Source of the DNA: Sphingomonadales bacterium
GTDB lineage: Bacteria > Pseudomonadota > Alphaproteobacteria > Sphingomonadales > G965227345
DNA length: 64,000 nt
Direction of reading: 5' to 3'
Assembly: GCA_965227345.1 (NCBI GenBank)
Contig: OZ245755.1
Coordinates: 3,975,293 to 4,039,292 of the forward strand
Shown here: piece after piece, positions 61,823 through 64,000 of the stretch
Layout of the letters: every line of letters begins with the position of its first letter
Numbering within the stretch: the first letter of the stretch is position 1
Translations under genes and position numbers: made by a program
The notes under the pieces: model-generated
The model's database searches: none
What the model was told of the DNA's origin: nothing
The model's input: only the letters and a program-made list of their open reading frames with translations

Positions 61823-61899
61823 TTGCCATCTCCTCTATTTGAGCAAGTCTGACACCCAATCCTTGATAACAACCCATATGAGGCATTGTTATCGTACAT
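61823..61899 (-). promoter_or_regulatory. hsp20 5' leader with ROSE-like anti-SD motif
   Basis: The minus strand has an 8-bp hairpin GATAACAA-13 nt-TTGTTATC. This is followed by CUUGCUC-AAAUA-GAGGAG, in which UUGCU can pair imperfectly (G-G mismatch) with the SD. Confidence 0.4.
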
Positions 61900-61906
61900 G
61901 TTATTA

Positions 61907-61935
61907 AAATTGGGTGCGTCAGAGCTGATATCAAG
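61907..61935 (-). promoter_or_regulatory. candidate RpoH (sigma32)-type promoter
   Basis: The minus strand reads CCTCTTGATA-14 nt-CCCAATTTTA. The E. coli-type consensus is CTTGAAA-N13-15-CCCCATNT. Confidence 0.5.
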
Positions 61936-61946
61936 AGGAAAAGTGA

Positions 61947-63290
61947 CTATTCCGGTAGAGAGCCTTCGGTTGGCTCTGGCGGGCGCACCCAGCAATCGGC
62001 CCCAAGCGCATGCATTTCCTTACAGGCATTCAAGGCTTCTGCGAGGCTGGTAAGGGGGCCGGCGTTGAGTCGGTAGAAGAATCCTTTAGGCTCCTTCTCG
62101 CGATCCCCAAAATCCACTTCGGATCGTCTGGGTTCGAGATCGCCAATAATATCGGCATATTTCTCGCGCAGGATAGCCCAGCCATCACGCAACTGTTGAG
62201 GTTTGCGGTAAGCGGCGATTTGTAGTGCCCAGCCTTGAGATTCGGAAAGCAGGGGAATGTCGCTCAAATCGTCTTCAACTACAACGACAGGTTCGGGTTC
62301 CGGTTCGGGGACAACTTCTGCAACCGGGGGTTCCGGTTCTTCCACCAACCGGGCCACCGTTTCATTTTTCACAGTATTGTCAGTGTCATATGCGCGGTTT
62401 GCCGACTCCAACAGATCTTTCTTCGGCTGTATAGCCCCAGACATTACAGTCTGAAAACGTTGTTCAGTATCAAGTGCCTTAAGCTGGTCAAAATAGGTCA
62501 ACTTGTTTTCGACGGTCTGTTGGTCTGAATCTATGGCGAGAAGACGCTGTGCCATGACATCGTCCCCGCCAAGGGCATAAGCCATGGCAAGGTTTTGTCT
62601 TTCTGCTGCAGTTGCTTCCGGACGTGATGCCACGTCTCCCAGCAATTCAAGAGCGCGAGCCTGATCGTCGCCACCAAGGGCCAGTGAGAGCCCATAATTA
62701 TGCTTAATCCCCTCATTTTCAGGAGCCGTCGACAAGGCGCGTTGATAGGTTGCAAGTGCTTCCCCGTGGCGCCCCAGCGCATCCAGCGCAACAGCACGGC
62801 TGCCAAGGGCATCAATATCAAAAGGATTTTGGTCCAGAGAACCATTCAGAATTGTCAAGGCATCTGCCGGACGGCCCAGGGCAATATAGGTGTTTGCAAG
62901 GTTTCTGGCGACATCTGCATTCTCAGGTGATTGAGCGTGCGCCTTCTCAAAGACTTCTGCCGCTTCAAGATACTGGCCAGCGGCTGCCAGTGAGCGCCCC
63001 AGCCCAATGAGTGGGGCTGCAGCAGTCGTATCCTGCTGGTGGGCACGCCTGTATAGTGGAATCGCTGCACCGTAAGCACCATCAGCGGCCATTTCGTCCG
63101 CGATACGCAACAGGCTGCTGCTGTCATTCGACAATGTTGCTGCTGCTGACACTGCAGTTTCAGACTTTTCAACATCGGCGCCGGGCGTTGCGCAAGCCGA
63201 GAGCAAAAGTCCGCAGGCAGTGCCAAGCAGAGACGTCCGGACGCCAGACAGGAAAGAATGCCCGTTAAATATTGAATGAGTGGTTCGCAA
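61947..63290 (-). CDS. TPR repeat + C-terminal SPOR domain lipoprotein
   Basis: Lipobox LLLSAC, multiple TPR-like repeats and a C-terminal SPOR-like domain (WALQIAAYRKPQQ...FYRLNAG). I prefer TTG 63290, which follows AGGA. The ORF extends to ATG 63458. Confidence 0.7.
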   Translation of the reverse strand: MRTTHSIFNGHSFLSGVRTSLLGTACGLLLSACATPGADVEKSETAVSAAATLSNDSSSLLRIADEMAADGAYGAAIPLYRRAHQQDTTAAAPLIGLGRSLAAAGQYLEAAEVFEKAHAQSPENADVARNLANTYIALGRPADALTILNGSLDQNPFDIDALGSRAVALDALGRHGEALATYQRALSTAPENEGIKHNYGLSLALGGDDQARALELLGDVASRPEATAAERQNLAMAYALGGDDVMAQRLLAIDSDQQTVENKLTYFDQLKALDTEQRFQTVMSGAIQPKKDLLESANRAYDTDNTVKNETVARLVEEPEPPVAEVVPEPEPEPVVVVEDDLSDIPLLSESQGWALQIAAYRKPQQLRDGWAILREKYADIIGDLEPRRSEVDFGDREKEPKGFFYRLNAGPLTSLAEALNACKEMHALGADCWVRPPEPTEGSLPE

Positions 63291-63458
63291 ATTCTTGATC
63301 CTGAAAGGTGTGGCTAATGACCTGGAGTAGGTTTGCAGTGGTCGTCTCCCGTTCGGGGTATTGCAATTATGGTTAACGATAATATCTGACCCGTATTTTG
63401 GATCGAGTGCAAGGTTTTTGACAAACAATTTTGCCAAAAACCTTGTGTGACAGTGCAT

Positions 63459-63926
63459 TCATTGCCTGGATTGACGCAGGCACTCGCAAAGATCCATATT
63501 TAAATCATCTTCCAGTTGATCGAGATATTTGTCCAGCGCACTGGTGATAAGGTCGCGTGCGCTTCGCTGACTGTGTACGGATATGAGTCTCAGTCTTTTG
63601 TGGCGCAACGGGTTCAGGCGCAAGGTCATCGCAACCTGTTCCGCTGTCGCAAGATCTTTTTCGTCTGAATGTTTGCAATTACCTGCAAGGGTACAGCTGT
63701 TCCTGGAGGTTACCCTGCGGTTTAGTTCCTGCTGCATATCGCGCGGCGTAACGGAGGCTTTGCCTGATGGAGAAGCGTCACCAAATGTCGTTGATTTTTG
63801 GGGCATCCGTGGCGTTGGGGCCTCATGAGGATAATTGTCCTCGTGATATGCAGCACGATGTGATGACGGTTTGGCAAACCCTTTGCGGGCAAGCAGAACA
63901 CCTGATAGTTGGGCCGCAGGTTTCAT
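63459..63926 (-). CDS. hypothetical protein with C-terminal ribbon-helix-helix-like segment
   Basis: MTLRLNPLRHKRLRLISVHSQRSARDLITSALDKYL resembles a CopG/RHH fold, and the N-terminal half is low-complexity. The start is uncertain and the ORF runs to 63995, near the window edge. Confidence 0.45.
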   Translation of the reverse strand: MKPAAQLSGVLLARKGFAKPSSHRAAYHEDNYPHEAPTPRMPQKSTTFGDASPSGKASVTPRDMQQELNRRVTSRNSCTLAGNCKHSDEKDLATAEQVAMTLRLNPLRHKRLRLISVHSQRSARDLITSALDKYLDQLEDDLNMDLCECLRQSRQ

Positions 63927-64000
63927 AGGCAACTGTCTCCGGTCCGTTAAATTACTGATTAACCTGGCGTCGGCCAAAGCCGCTTCGGGTGCCAAGGTCG

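Noticed and set aside
61827-61829. ATG upstream of hsp20 as the true start codon.
   Set aside because: It is in the +1 frame relative to the Hsp20 reading frame. It terminates after 9 codons (MANFESLCL*) and directly abuts the SD, so there is essentially no spacer. It is kept only as the indel alternative in the hsp20 finding.
1-64000. Search for CRISPR arrays, integrases or transposases, phage modules, toxin-antitoxin pairs or defence-type genes.
   Set aside because: I saw no repeat-spacer periodicity and no recognisable recombinase, transposase, phage or defence motifs in any listed ORF. Nearly all the sequence is accounted for by recognisable housekeeping genes.

Overview
This window reads as an ordinary core-chromosome segment of an alphaproteobacterium. 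I cannot name the genus from sequence alone. The assignment rests on long runs of conserved housekeeping synteny. These are argS-SPOR-nagZ-scpAB-tatABC-serS-surE-pcm-nlpD, SRP RNA-dnaX-ybaB-recR, thrS-infC / rpmI-rplT-pheST, gltD-gltB, and lptCAB-rpoN-hpf-ptsN. I can support about 60 protein genes, tRNA-Ser(GGA), tRNA-Leu(CAG), an SRP (4.5S) RNA that the ORF track misses, three intrinsic terminators and a few promoter or leader candidates. I saw no CRISPR array, integrase, transposase, phage gene or recognisable defence or toxin-antitoxin gene. I do not find a convincing novel multi-gene system here. The best leads are modest: (1) An hsp20-DUF1150 operon has an RpoH-type promoter and a ROSE-like UUGCU/AGGAG leader, but its only plausible start codon is ATT. 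(2) An MBOAT plus membrane-anchored Ser...DxxH (DltD/SGNH-like) pair sits between nlpD and recR, with no carrier protein or esterase nearby. (3) Five tightly packed co-directional genes form a candidate operon of unknown pathway: NmrA-like, M17 peptidase-like, MarR, cytoplasmic SH3b-NlpC/P60 and a membrane-anchored FMN GltS-domain protein. (4) A terminator and a Phe-rich mini-ORF overlap the start of a pheS gene that has no Shine-Dalgarno sequence. (5) infC starts at ATA. All functional calls come from motif recognition by eye. No database search was run.
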